From Ostrea edulis (lineage: Eukaryota), in NCBI RefSeq assembly GCF_947568905.1, contig NC_079167.1:8432001-8496000 (forward strand): 64,000 bases of DNA, in the 5' to 3' direction. Shown piece after piece: positions 38,601 to 49,135 of the stretch. The first letter of the stretch is position 1; each line of letters starts with the position of its first letter. The notes beneath the pieces are model-generated. The model was not told the origin of the DNA. It searched no databases and saw only the letters and a list, made by a program, of their open reading frames with translations. Made by a program: the position numbers and the translations under genes.

Positions 38601-41600
38601 TAACATTATTTATATGGTTTAACATCGGTTACATTGAACTTCGTATATAATGAACAATTCAGGTCAGTCCGCTGAATTTCAGTATATATGGCATTGAACT
38701 TTTTATGCCCCCCTTCAAAGAAAAGGGGCATATTGCTTTGCGCCTGTCGGTCGGTAGACCACATGTTGTCCACTCAATATCTTGAGAACCATTCACTTGA
38801 TCGTAATGATATTTCATATATGGGTTGGTTATGAGTAGAAGAGGTCCCCTGATGTTTTTCAGGTCAAGGGTCAGTCTACTCTGGACATAGGAAAACATTG
38901 TCCGCTCAATATCTTGAGAACACTCTGCTTGACAGACATCAAACTTGGTACACTGGTACATCCGAAAGAGTAGATAACCCCTATTGATTTTGAGGTCATA
39001 TGGTCAAGGGTAAAACTGGGCATAGGAATATACTGACCACTCGGTGTCTAGGGAAACCTTTGCTTGATAGGCATCAAACTTGGTACACTGGTACATCTTC
39101 AGGAGAAGATGACCCCTATTGATTTTGAGGTCACATGGTCTAAGGTCAAGGGTCAAACTGGACATAGGAATATACTGTCCGCTCAATATTTTGAAAACCC
39201 TTTGCTTGACAGACATCAAACTTGGTACACTGGTACATCTTTGGGAGAAGATGACCCCTATTGATTTTGAGGTCACATGGTCAAGGGTCAAACTGGACAT
39301 TGGAATATATTGTCTGGTCAATATCTTGAGAACCCTTTGCTTGACAGACATCAAACTTGGTTCACTGGTACATCTTCAGGAGAAGATGACCCCTATTGAT
39401 TTTGAGATCACATGGTCAAAGGTTAAGGGTCAAACTGGACATAGGAATACACTGTCCATTCAATATCTTGAGAACTCTTTGCTTGACAGACATCAAACTT
39501 GGTACACTGGCACATCTTCAGGAGAAAATGACCCCTATTGATTTTTATGTCACATGGTCAAAGGACAAGGGTTAAACTGGACATAGTAATGTATTGTCTC
39601 CTATATTTTAAGAATTATTTGCTTGATTGACACTAAACTTGGTACACTGGTACAGCATAAGGAGTAGATGACCCCTATTGATTTTTAGGTCACATGTTTA
39701 ATCCACTCTTGACCTACGGAGATATTGTGTGCTCAGTATTTTGAATTGATGATACTACTATCAATTAAATGATGCATGTGTATAAACCTTTTCAATTTTG
39801 CACCGGAGGGTTGGCATATGTGTTTTACAAACATCTCTTGTTGTATTTGCACCTTTGTATTTTTGTGATGATAAAGTGTACAATCAGTACACTTCATCAG
39901 AAGAGCTTTATTTTTACTCATAAAGAATACAATGGTGATGATTACAGTACTGGCGAAATGTGATTTATAAATGGATGACATATAACGAATATAAATATTT
40001 CTAACATTTTCAGAAATTAGAAATTCATTTTGAATTAAATTTCATTGTTTTCTCCCAGACACAAAAATAAATATGTCTACAGTATGATGTATGGCTGAAT
40101 CAATTTTTAATCTTAAATTAGTTATTTTTAAAGCTTGTATGGTTTATTTATTTATGGATATATTTTTTTTATACAGAGCTATAGAGTAATTTTAATTCTA
40201 TTTATCACTTTATAAATTTGGTATAGCAATGAAAATATGTTCAAAATACATGCAAATTTTATTACTTTTTTTAGCTCAACAAACCTAGACAATGACATCA
40301 CAACCAGAATTAAACAACAGAGCAAGAAACTGCATGGTGAGTTTCCACGTACCACGAAACATGTTTATATCTAACAGAGTTATAGTAAACATGTGTTTTA
40401 TCTTATAAATTAAACTCATTCCAGAAGAAAAATACTGGAATTCGTTAGATGTATAATGAAATTAATGGGGAAAAAATTAACAGATTTTGCTGTAATTCTC
40501 AGTACAGAATCAAAGCTTTCATAAATTTTCAAATGAAAATCACTTGGTAAACTAGAAACTTTTATCATAGCACTAAAGAAGAAACTGAAGCATTTTGAAG
40601 ATAACTTTGAAAAGGAAAATGGATACAAGGTAAGAACAAATTACATGTACTACATTATTGTAATTTATAGGCTATGTAAAATGTACATCTTACCAGTCAT
40701 TTAAGGAGAAGCATTGTAAATACATGTACATATATATTTATAGCCATCGCTAGCGGACAAGGCCAGCAAACCTACCATTAAGAAGTGGATGAACGACATT
40801 TCCAAAGCAAAAAGAGAAATAAAGAGTTGGTTTTCTGATTTTTATTTTCTTTTTCTAAATATTTTAAACTGAAAGAGATAGAGTATACCAGTGTCATTGG
40901 ATAAATTATTACATGTTTGATATATTAAACGTGTAATCATTCATCCTGTGACAACAGTATTCTAAAATGGTCTTATTAAACCTGGCCATACCACTGATAA
41001 TTCTACAGGACTGAAAGAGGAGGCGGAAATTGGTAACAGAAGTCGCCATGGCAGTGGGACATCATCAAGTGGAGAGCGGTTAGAACCCCCAGAACTCCCT
41101 CCAACGATGGAGCAGACGCTGAACATCATCCTCCTTAAACTTGATGAGAAGAGAAGGGATGCTAAACGCCCTGAGGATGTTGATGTAAGGAGCAGAAAAC
41201 TCTGCATATTCTTTTGTATCAGACATAAATGATGATGGCATTGAATGATATGTTTGTTTACTTTTTTAGATCATGAACAGTGATCAGGTCTTGGATGAAA
41301 AGTTGGCAGTTCAGAAAGCCTTGCTTCACTTTGAAAATCTGCATGGGAGACCAGTAAGTTGGAGAAAATGTTAACTGATACGAAATTACAAACTTACAAA
41401 ACTTTAGCATTGGCATATGATAGAGAAGATATTCTGTAAGCCCATAATGATATGCACATGCATTTAAGAACTTGCTCATTGAAACATAGTACAGAGAAAT
41501 GTGTCTGAGCAAGATGTTGTGTAAATACGCCGGTTTCGAGATACGTCCGAGTTATTTCCCTTTGGAGAACTCTCGTACATAGTAAGGCGCAAAAGAATTT

Positions 41601-44600
41601 GTTTACACGCGGGAGTGGGACAGATATTCATCACAGCGTAAGTGAATGTACTCAGTAAGTTTCTCATATGCTGTTTGGTCACCCGAATTCGACTGATACA
41701 CAAACTAAGTAAGTGATAAGTATTTAGGGAGTTAAATACATAGAATTCTTATCCTATCACTTTATTTCGCTGGTCATAAGTACCATATCCAAGATATTTC
41801 TTGCAAATATGACATTGTTTATATGTTTCCACTTCGGTAAAAAATTTCTTTCGATAGTATTTAGTATTTCCCACATTTACATATTTAAAGAGAAGCCGCT
41901 TTTAATACATTTCATCGTCTTCCTCGTTGGCTGTATATCCACTCTGTCCCACTTAGGCATTCAAAGTTCCACTAAATGCACCTCCTATACAGAAGAGTTC
42001 GTATCTCAAAACTGGCGTATTGTACCCATATTTCAGCATCAAACTCTATGTATTTTACTTGTCAAATCTGAAGATTTTTTCTGGTAACTGAACATGTTTA
42101 GATTAGAAACAGAGTTGTTTATGTGCTACAAAGTATCCATGCATAATTTTTAATTAGAAAACAAGAGATGAGAAGGATTTGATGAGACCTTTGTATGACA
42201 GATACAGAAAAATTAAAAGACTCTTGTCCAAACCTAACTCTGTGAGTACCTAGTCATCCACACATCTGACAGTCATTTGTTTGTTGTTAGGAGGTTTGAT
42301 TATAGTGTTGTTTGTTTGTTACTTAGCCAAGAGAAAAGAAGGAGCTACAAACAGTCCCAGAGGATGAGCCAATAGAATTAGAGGGAGGCATCCACAACCC
42401 ATATGTAAGTTCAGTAATGGAGATATGTGTTAGAAATAATAAAATCCAGAAAATGGCTGGTATGTACCTTTATTTATAATCTGCAGTAGTGTCTTGTGTA
42501 ATTGATTATAAAGTCTTATAATGTGTCATTACAGAGACCCTCAGTGCAGGTTCCTGCATTCCATTACGATGACCTTGAGGATGGCCTTGGTTCCGGTCTG
42601 GGGACAATAGGGACAATGGACTTTGCTGTCACCCGAGATTTTTCTGTTCTCCGTGATACTGTTAGGCCGGTGTCAAAAGAAGTCTCTAGAAAAGAGCATT
42701 CCCCTAAAGCAAAGAGGAAATTGAGTCTTCCCGAGGAGGAGGAGGAGGAGGGCGGTCAGAACCAGGAGCCAAATCTTCATGAAATGTCAATGTAAGTCTG
42801 GACTGCTATCTATGTCAGTGTAAGTCTGGACTGCTATGTATGTCAATGTAAGTCTGGACTGCTATGTATGTCAATGTAAGTCTGGACTACTATGTATGTC
42901 AGTGTAAGTCTGGACTGCTATGTATGTCAATGTAAGTCTGGACTACTATGTATGTCAGTGTAAGTCTGGACTGCTATGTATGTCAATGTAAGTCTGGACT
43001 GCTATGTATGTCAGTGTAAGTCTGGACTGCTATGTATGTCAATGTAAGTCTGGACTGCTATGTATGTCAGTGTAAGTCTGGACTGCTATGTATGTCAGTG
43101 TAAGTCTGGACTGCTATGTATGTCAATGTAAGTCTGGACTACTATGTATGTCAATGCAAGTCTGGACTGCTATGTATATCAATGTAAGTCTGGACTGCTA
43201 TGTACAGTCAAAACTGCCATAGCGACCCACTGTATTAAGCGACTCACTGTCGTATGTGACCATAAAAAGTCGTCGTCCCCCCCCCCCCCAAGACGTTACT
43301 CTATATATTGTACCTGTATTAAATGACGACCTGTCTGATGCGACCAACGACCATGATTTTTACAACCTTTTCATGTAATTTCACGAAATTTTACCTTTAT
43401 TTAAAGATTACATTTTTCTATTACAACGCAATTCCTCTGAGTAGTATCTTAAACCACTTCAGCCTTGCTGTCAAAGTTAGATGATTTAATTTGTTGAATT
43501 TGTAACATGCTCCATCTGATATTTTAAAGTCAGTATGATCGGGATAAATATAATTATTGTGTGTGTGTAAAATGTGTAATAGGATCTAGAAACCATGTAA
43601 AAATAAAAATATTTGAATAAAACATAGAACCAACTGGAGTGCAGTTACACAGCTCTATTAAAGTTTATTGGTGCAGCTTAGATGCCTATACACAATGTTT
43701 CTTGGGGCTTTTCTCTATATGAGGACGACATGTGTGACCAACCATGGTGATAACAGATATTTTACATCTGATGGCATTTCATATAAGGGGGACTGAGATT
43801 TTTCTTAGCTGAAAACAAAATTTTATTAGAGCAAATTTAGTTGTAACCATCATTTTGATCAACGAAAATTGGTTGGGTATTGAATTCGGCATTTTGTTAC
43901 ATGTATATCCGATTTTGTTGTGAAAAGTAGCCTTTGTATGTCCATGTTCATGTAAATCTCGCGCTTCAAACTTGAGCAAGTTTGGTTTATCAACAACTTA
44001 AGCTATACGTTATTATGAGAGTTTAGGACCTTCAGTTATATCAATACTAACAGGTATACTGCAAGTAATTTTATGCTCCCATAATCGGAGATAAGGGGGC
44101 ATATAGTTTTTGGTCCTGTGTGTTTGTTCGCAATTGGGGTAATAGGGCTTTCATATTTCACATGTGTATTCTTGGTAACAAGAACTTTCTTTTCTTAGCA
44201 AAATTTTCAACTCATGACCTTGACCTTGGAGATTAGCCATGCGGCATCAATGTTTCATAAACACATCTTGTTTAATAAGTTATTTGAAGTATTGAAGTCA
44301 TCATTCAGTTACAACTGTTATTTACAGACCAGAGCTTCAGGACGAGTTGATGAAGTCAAAAGGAGAAAAGAAGAGAATACGCAGGACTTTACGGAACTTT
44401 GAAGAGGCTTTCTTTCAGAAAAATGGAAGGTATTGTACATTATTGTGTATTTTGGAATTTAGATGTGTTTCACTCTGACACAGAAATTCTGACTGTCAAA
44501 TTACTTTATCACAGAAAGGTACAAAGAGATGACAGAGAGCCACTGCAGACTGAGTACACAAGCTACAAGGTAAAGCATTTTGAAATAATGTTCAATCACA

Positions 44601-44733
44601 CATTTTTTGACAAAGGAAAACAACTGTCATTGCATCTTTTAAGATGTTTACTTGGTTATTTCAGCAAGTAAAAGCCAAATTAAAGCTGCTAGAGGCGCTA
44701 TTATCCAAGCTACAAAATACAGACGAAGTTTGA
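22714..44733 (+). CDS. FAM13A: FAM13-family protein (N-terminal RhoGAP, C-terminal coiled-coil repeats), 26 coding exons, 3063 nt, ~1020 aa
   Basis: All junctions are GT-AG and phase-consistent. RhoGAP motifs: [13 protein letters not shown] (Arg finger), [33 protein letters not shown]13 C-terminal motifs: [69 protein letters not shown]. Invertebrate co-orthologue of FAM13A/B, so the symbol is approximate. Confidence 0.88.
23946..24141 (+). CDS. FAM13A: FAM13 exon 2
   Basis: [13 protein letters not shown]...FGVPLEEL...ICEHIRDK; phase 0 to 1. Confidence 0.9.
25664..25873 (+). CDS. FAM13A: FAM13 exon 3 (RhoGAP Arg finger)
   Basis: [12 protein letters not shown]...LFLREIP...IQE; phase 1 to 1. 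Confidence 0.92.
26240..26423 (+). CDS. FAM13A: FAM13 exon 4
   Basis: ENQNDP...[18 protein letters not shown]; phase 1 to 2. Confidence 0.92.
26628..26751 (+). CDS. FAM13A: FAM13 exon 5
   Basis: [11 protein letters not shown]...CNEW; phase 2 to 0. Confidence 0.9.
26860..26949 (+). CDS. FAM13A: FAM13 exon 6 (alternative in-frame donor after 26910)
   Basis: [17 protein letters not shown]|[13 protein letters not shown]; donors gtagag at 26911 and gtaagt at 26950, both phase 0. Confidence 0.8.
26925..27255 (+). repeat. Degenerate ~44-45-bp tandem repeat straddling the exon 6 donor
   Basis: About 8 units of aaacc(t/a)gtc(c/t)c(c/t)aaacc(t/a)agg...; only the first is exonic. Confidence 0.75.
27384..27538 (+). 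CDS. FAM13A: FAM13 exon 7
   Basis: [11 protein letters not shown]...GRASPFILD; phase 0 to 2. Confidence 0.85.
29571..29601 (+). repeat. Poly-G tract (31 G), intronic; further tracts G18 at 27807-27824 and C18 at 24773-24790
   Basis: Read directly from the sequence. Confidence 0.9.
29954..30007 (+). CDS. FAM13A: FAM13 exon 8
   Basis: [17 protein letters not shown]; phase 2 to 2. Confidence 0.85.
30259..30351 (+). CDS. FAM13A: FAM13 exon 9
   Basis: [16 protein letters not shown]...; phase 2 to 2. Confidence 0.85.
30480..30627 (+). CDS. FAM13A: FAM13 exon 10
   Basis: [18 protein letters not shown]...STSQ; phase 2 to 0. Confidence 0.8.
31494..31540 (+). CDS. FAM13A: FAM13 exon 11
   Basis: [15 protein letters not shown]; phase 0 to 2; may be optional. 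Confidence 0.6.
31644..31725 (+). CDS. FAM13A: FAM13 exon 12
   Basis: [27 protein letters not shown]; phase 2 to 0. An upstream phase-0 acceptor at 31593 is also possible. Confidence 0.7.
31849..32173 (+). CDS. FAM13A: FAM13 exon 13
   Basis: [18 protein letters not shown]...[18 protein letters not shown]; phase 0 to 1. Confidence 0.88.
32546..32672 (+). CDS. FAM13A: FAM13 exon 14
   Basis: DPIPADKG...[15 protein letters not shown]; phase 1 to 2. Confidence 0.85.
33103..33162 (+). CDS. FAM13A: FAM13 exon 15
   Basis: [19 protein letters not shown]; phase 2 to 2. Confidence 0.8.
33835..33861 (+). repeat. (CA)n microsatellite
   Basis: Read directly from the sequence. Confidence 0.9.
34661..36533 (+). 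repeat. 39-bp minisatellite, ~48 copies, in FAM13 intron 15
   Basis: Unit aaatcactacaaacacaggtaagcattcaatcaacatcc; explains ORFs 34592-36538 and 34834-36546. Confidence 0.95.
37061..37143. repeat. Small palindromic element (gatccgctc...gagcggatc), related to 63469-63530
   Basis: Inverted repeat 37069-37077 / 37127-37135, with further flanking complementarity. Confidence 0.55.
37400..38330 (+). pseudogene. Degenerate pogo/Tigger-type (DDE_1) transposase fragment
   Basis: Frame-broken translation: [13 protein letters not shown]...WTLEEKG...[29 protein letters not shown]...[15 protein letters not shown]...[10 protein letters not shown]. Confidence 0.65.
37801..38056 (+). repeat. Eight copies of a 32-bp unit inside the transposase remnant
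   Basis: aggcccgtaccctcgccctgctc(a/g)atgtttat starting 37801, 37833, ... 38025. Confidence 0.95.
38700..39842 (+). mobile_element. HINE-type element with ~6 satellite units of 135/142 bp
   Basis: Starts tttttatgccccccttcaaagaaaaggggcatattg and ends ggcatatgtgttttacaaacatctcttgtt. caaacttgg marker at 38940, 39075, 39217, 39352, 39494. Confidence 0.8.
40275..40336 (+). CDS. FAM13A: FAM13 exon 16
   Basis: [20 protein letters not shown]; phase 2 to 1. Confidence 0.85.
40571..40629 (+). CDS. FAM13A: FAM13 exon 17
   Basis: [20 protein letters not shown]; phase 1 to 0. Confidence 0.88.
40744..40825 (+). CDS. FAM13A: FAM13 exon 18
   Basis: [27 protein letters not shown]; phase 0 to 1. Confidence 0.88.
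41009..41184 (+). CDS. FAM13A: FAM13 exon 19
   Basis: LKEEAE...[27 protein letters not shown]; phase 1 to 0. Confidence 0.9.
41270..41353 (+). CDS. FAM13A: FAM13 exon 20
   Basis: [28 protein letters not shown]. Confidence 0.92.
42158..42241 (+). CDS. FAM13A: FAM13 exon 21
   Basis: [28 protein letters not shown]. Confidence 0.92.
42327..42404 (+). CDS. FAM13A: FAM13 exon 22
   Basis: [26 protein letters not shown]. Confidence 0.85.
42535..42791 (+). CDS. FAM13A: FAM13 exon 23
   Basis: [14 protein letters not shown]...[10 protein letters not shown]; phase 0 to 2. Confidence 0.88.
42784..43205 (+). repeat. 28-bp tandem repeat, 15 units, beginning at the exon 23 donor
   Basis: gtaagtctggact(g/a)ctatgtatgtca(a/g)t at 42792, 42820, ... 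43184; one unit reads gcaagt (43156). Confidence 0.95.
44069..44272 (+). mobile_element. Short HINE-type copy
   Basis: ttttatgctccc...gggggcatatagtttt start and catcaatgtttcataaacacatcttgtt end, as in the 10420 and 38700 elements. Confidence 0.65.
44328..44429 (+). CDS. FAM13A: FAM13 exon 24
   Basis: [33 protein letters not shown]; phase 2 to 2. Confidence 0.92.
44515..44569 (+). CDS. FAM13A: FAM13 exon 25
   Basis: [18 protein letters not shown]; phase 2 to 0. Confidence 0.92.
44665..44733 (+). CDS. FAM13A: FAM13 terminal coding exon 26
   Basis: [22 protein letters not shown]; TGA at 44731-44733. Confidence 0.92.
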   Translation, partial: QVKAKLKLLEALLSKLQNTDEV

Positions 44734-46879
44734 CTCCTATGTTGATGGATGACCCCTATGTCGATGGATGACTCCTGTGTTCAGAGATGGTTAAGGAAAG
44801 CAAGATGTTCAAGTTCATCTCAGAAAACTGTATCTAGTCAAAAACTGCAATGACACAGAAATGATGTTTAAGCATGGCAAGGAAATGCCCATTTTTCTGT
44901 AAATTTCCATTACTTTGATCAACTATGGACACATAGAGTGCTCCAGCTTCTACATGTGGAGAGATTCAGCATTGCTGCCCTGATGTTTTTCAGTTTGTGC
45001 AGTTTTATGTGTAGTCCCTATTTTGGACTGTGTTTGCCACAGGTTATATTGTTTTACATGTTCAATAATGCTAATAGCTTTATCTGCAGTACCGTCCACT
45101 TTATAGCCACCATTTTAATATGAAACATTAACAGATCTATATTTCCTTTCATTGATAATATTTCTAGAGTGTTTTATTCATTTTTTTGTGATGACCTTCA
45201 TCATATTCATCAATGGGTTATATGATATGTTACACTGTTATAAAATAGTGGTAGTGAGATAGTAGGAATTCTTGACCTCAGCACATGTGTATGATCATAA
45301 TATTAAAAATCATTCATTTGAGTAAATGATAGTATGTTAAAAAATTAGATTACAAATGTTTTTTGGGGGATTTGATAATTATAAAATCCATAATCACAAA
45401 TCTTTCATGAATTTCATTTAAGATTTTGCTTATGTGACATTCCACACATTACTTTCATACTTTGTCAGCACAATTTGTTAGCTGTTGGAGAAGGGAGCCA
45501 TCAGCATGGCTGTTTTTATGAGTGACAGTATAGCGGCATTTTGAATGTGTGATGTTTCAAGTCATTTGTTACCTTTTCCTTGTGAAGTAGTAGTTGTGTG
45601 GTTTACATGAATAATGATCAGTACATATATTGCAGACCAGTGAATGGTTCCCAGTGAAAACAAGTGCCAAGCCACTTACAAACCTATTTAATGTTATGAA
45701 AGTTATGGAAAAAATATAAATAAGGTTACACCCTGCTACAAGAAGCATTGCAATGGCTTGAAATATGCTTTTTTCATAAAATTTTTTTCCTCTTCATAAA
45801 ACATTTTTTAAATTTAGTTTCCAGTTAAATGTCTGTTTGTGCTATGAATTCTCTGTGATTTCCAGATGTTGCGACACTGTTATTCAAGAAGAAAGTGTCA
45901 GATTGAAAGTGCCATACAAAAATATCAATATTATTCTTGATTTTAAAGTGTACAGTCTAATGTATAGTAGGTAAAGCAAGTCATTTGTCGTTTCTTTTTA
46001 ATTCAGAAAGTTGCATAAATATCTTGCTAGAACCTTAAAGTTACGTTTGGGAACAGAAGCTTTTTGGGTTCTTTTACTTTTGATTTGAAACCTGAACCAC
46101 ACTGTTGACATTCCATTTTGTATGGCAATACATGGGTCTTTGTATGGCAGTACTTTTGATAGAGATTTACTGAGGTCTGTGGCAGTGTTACAATTCTGGA
46201 TTGGCTGTTGTGAATTTTGTACAGATCATTAACATGTTCTTTTGTTAAAGTTGTTATATATTAAGAAAGAGTAAAACTATTTTAAGGTTGGCATATAGTT
46301 TTGTTGTCATTTGATCAAACACACAGCCTTCTCAAAAGTTTTATAGACCTATTCTTACCAATTGAATGGAGATGGGCTGGTGACTACGTCAAGTAAATCG
46401 ACTGAAGATCATCATTTATTATGCGAAGTTTCATATCTTCAGAGAAATCCTCTTGCATAAGGTTTTAAGGTCAATAACCATGGTCATAATAACACCATTG
46501 GCAAGATTAAAACTTCTGATCTGTAACTGCTAAAGGTATGAATGGAATTTGAGTATTTATGAAATCGTATTTCAATAATTTTAAAAATTGTAAAGTTAAT
46601 AAGCACGTTAGTAAATTTGATAAAATGGTCAGAAAAATAGAATACAAGTCGTGAACCTATGAATGTGTATTTATATATCTTTAATAATAGGTTCACTACT
46701 TGAACCTGTCCAAAGGACTTTGTAATGGGCACTTCTGTACACCGGTAACTGATTATAATCTATCAAAGCTTCCTTATACTGCTGATTAACAATTGCTGTA
46801 AACATCACATGTAATATCAACATTTATTTTATAGCATTGGATGTTTTGCACAAGGTAACCCAACAAAAATGGCGAATTG

Positions 46880-48178
46880 TTAAAATGGCATGCGAGGTTT
46901 CTCTGAAGACTTGAATGTAGCATTCTTGAGTGCTTGCACTCTGGACTCCTCATTTGAGCGCACGAATGGTCGACGTAGTGTGTCTTTGCACAAGGTCACG
47001 CCAAACCCTGGGCGATCCGGCAGGTCGATAAAACCGTCGGCTGGTAAAGGTTCGTCTGGAAACAGTCCGCCAAAATACGGCACTATCTTATCTGCTTTAG
47101 GACTGAGATTGATGAATTCTGCCAGAGGACAATTCCGAAAAGCATACTGCAAGTGGTAGGAATAAATACTGGATCCATGGGGAACGACCAATACGTCATG
47201 GGCCGATGCCATGGCGACGATTCGACGTGCCTCGGTGATTCCACCGAGCCACGAGATATCTGGTTGGAGAATGTCCACACATTTGGAATTGAGAAGCAGC
47301 TGGTATCCGTATCGGCTGTACTCGTGTTCTGCTGTCGTTAATAAAACTGTAGAACCACGCAAAGCTTCCCGGACCTCCTTGTAACCTTCGTAACTATCAG
47401 GAGGTAAGAACTCTTCGATCCACTTCAGTCCGTAGGGTTCAAGTGCTTTAGCTAGTTTCACGGTATACGGCACAGTCAGAGCCATGTAACAGTCCAACAT
47501 CAGCGGGAATTCCGGACCTACAGTTTCGCGCCACTTTTTGAATATCTCGACGTTCTTTCTCAGTCCAACTTCTCCATCAGCAGGTCCGTAAGCACAAGGA
47601 ATTTTAGCGCCAACAAACCCTAACTGCTTGGCTATATCCGGACGAGCTGTTGTGGAATACACTGGCAAACGTTGCTTCGTTTTCCCGCCAAGTAGAGCAT
47701 AGACTGGCTCATTTCTCAGTTTTCCTAATAGATCCCAAAGCGCTAGGTCAATTGCACTGATGCACTGAATAGGCAAACCCTTCCGTCCGTAGTTCAGAGT
47801 TGCCCGGAACATTTGGTCCCACATCAGCTCCACGTCCCGAGGATCCTGTCCCTCCACGAACCTGCTGAGATGTTTCTCCACGATAAAACAGCCAGGGACG
47901 CCGCCAATGGTGACACCAACTCCACATGTCCCGTCATCTGCCTCCACCTCCACCACCAATGTTCCCAGAGCGTTGATGCCCCAGGACTTCCTAGTGGCTG
48001 CGTATTGTTCGTATCCAGACATTGGGTTTGCGATAGGGGTGGGGTAGCCATTGATCCAGTGGGTATCTTCTACATCATGACAGTCTGCGCCTTGGTCCTC
48101 GGGTTTAGACTCCGAGATGTATGCCCGTACACATTTAATTCTGGGAAATTTCTTCGTCTTGCCTTCGGCTGCGGCCAT
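46880..48178 (-). CDS. rhmD: L-rhamnonate / L-galactonate dehydratase (mandelate racemase subgroup, enolase superfamily), 432 aa, single coding exon
   Basis: GADCHD (H34), TRKSWGINALGTLVVEVEA (R63), SAIDLALWDLLGK, metal ligands D229 (DCYM), E255 (WIEE) and E284 (AEHE), D307 (QPD), H334 (PHG), C-terminal PDRPGFG. AATAAA on - at 46823-46828. Substrate not provable from sequence. Confidence 0.92.
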   Translation of the reverse strand: MAAAEGKTKKFPRIKCVRAYISESKPEDQGADCHDVEDTHWINGYPTPIANPMSGYEQYAATRKSWGINALGTLVVEVEADDGTCGVGVTIGGVPGCFIVEKHLSRFVEGQDPRDVELMWDQMFRATLNYGRKGLPIQCISAIDLALWDLLGKLRNEPVYALLGGKTKQRLPVYSTTARPDIAKQLGFVGAKIPCAYGPADGEVGLRKNVEIFKKWRETVGPEFPLMLDCYMALTVPYTVKLAKALEPYGLKWIEEFLPPDSYEGYKEVREALRGSTVLLTTAEHEYSRYGYQLLLNSKCVDILQPDISWLGGITEARRIVAMASAHDVLVVPHGSSIYSYHLQYAFRNCPLAEFINLSPKADKIVPYFGGLFPDEPLPADGFIDLPDRPGFGVTLCKDTLRRPFVRSNEESRVQALKNATFKSSEKPRMPF

Positions 48179-48541
48179 TTCAATGGTCTTAGCTGTACTT
48201 TTGTAAAAGTCTGGAATGAAGATCTGTTATCTTTCCTGGCCGTGACTCTACATATTACAACAGGTTTTATCTGAGGTCATTTTATACAGACACATGAGGA
48301 ACCAACACAGAAGTTGTAAAGATAAGTCATATATACTCAGTATGTATGCATACAATTAGACGTTTGTCTACCTCGTTATCCCAAACACAAAACAATATGG
48401 AAATTGATGTAGTTGGGCCAAAATACTAAGTACATGTTCCAATGCATCTTAAGAAAGTGTGTCATCTACTTTATTTTTCATGATTTTACTAGGCCATTTA
48501 TATGCTAACCGTAACTTCTCTGCCTCTTGCAGACAAATCTC

Positions 48542-49135
48542 TATGGAGCGCCACTTAAATATAAACTCAAATAATTGAAGATATTTTTAATTATTTGAAG
48601 ACATCATCAATTCAATTATTGGGCGCAATGATTGGATTGATGCGCGCATTAATTGATTTGATGAGAGCGATAACTGATTTGATGCGCATATCAGTTCAAT
48701 GGATGCGCGCATCAATGTGATGGAATTATTGCTCGCAAAATTTCATTTTGAGCTCGGTATACATGTAAATGATTTGACCATCTCTTCAATTCAACTGAAG
48801 ATATCTTTATTGTTTACAGTGCTTTTGTATAAGGAATTAATGCGCGCGTTAATTCTTTTAATGAAAGCAACAATTCGATTAAAGAGATCATTCAATTATG
48901 GATATGTTGAATTGAAGATATCTTTAATTGTATAGTTGCTTGAATTGATGCGCGCTACAATTCAATTGAAGAGAGCAATAATTCAATTATTGCGAGCATT
49001 GTTTGAATGATGCGCGCATAAATTATTGATTGAATGCTCTCTTCAGTTAAACTGTAGCGCGCAAATATTCATTTGTTGATATCAACAATTCACTTGAAGA
49101 GAGCAACAATTCAATTATAACGCTCTTCAATTCAA
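48542..49135 (+). mobile_element. Truncated copy of the IS3EU-like 21-bp-repeat element
   Basis: Starts tatggagcgccacttaaatataaactcaaataattgaagat as at 3750; same gatgcgcgcattaatt / gaagagagcaataatt units; no right TIR. Confidence 0.8.

Noticed and set aside
42792-43205. CRISPR-like appearance of the 28-, 32- and 39-bp arrays
   Set aside because: Units are contiguous with no unique spacers, no cas genes are present, and the context is eukaryotic.
44732-44782. 19-bp triplicated motif right after the FAM13 stop codon
   Set aside because: Only 2.5 degenerate copies; an ordinary slippage product with no evident function.
46880-48178. Bacterial contamination as the explanation for the intron-free gene
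   Set aside because: The CDS is continuous with host-type AT-rich DNA and host TE families, has a poly(A) signal, and shows no operon neighbours or Shine-Dalgarno context; read-level confirmation is still advisable.
46890-48274. Plus-strand ORFs overlapping the dehydratase, and minus-strand ORF 57463-57939 over the dehydrogenase
   Set aside because: Antisense shadows of GC-richer coding sequence with no recognisable motifs.
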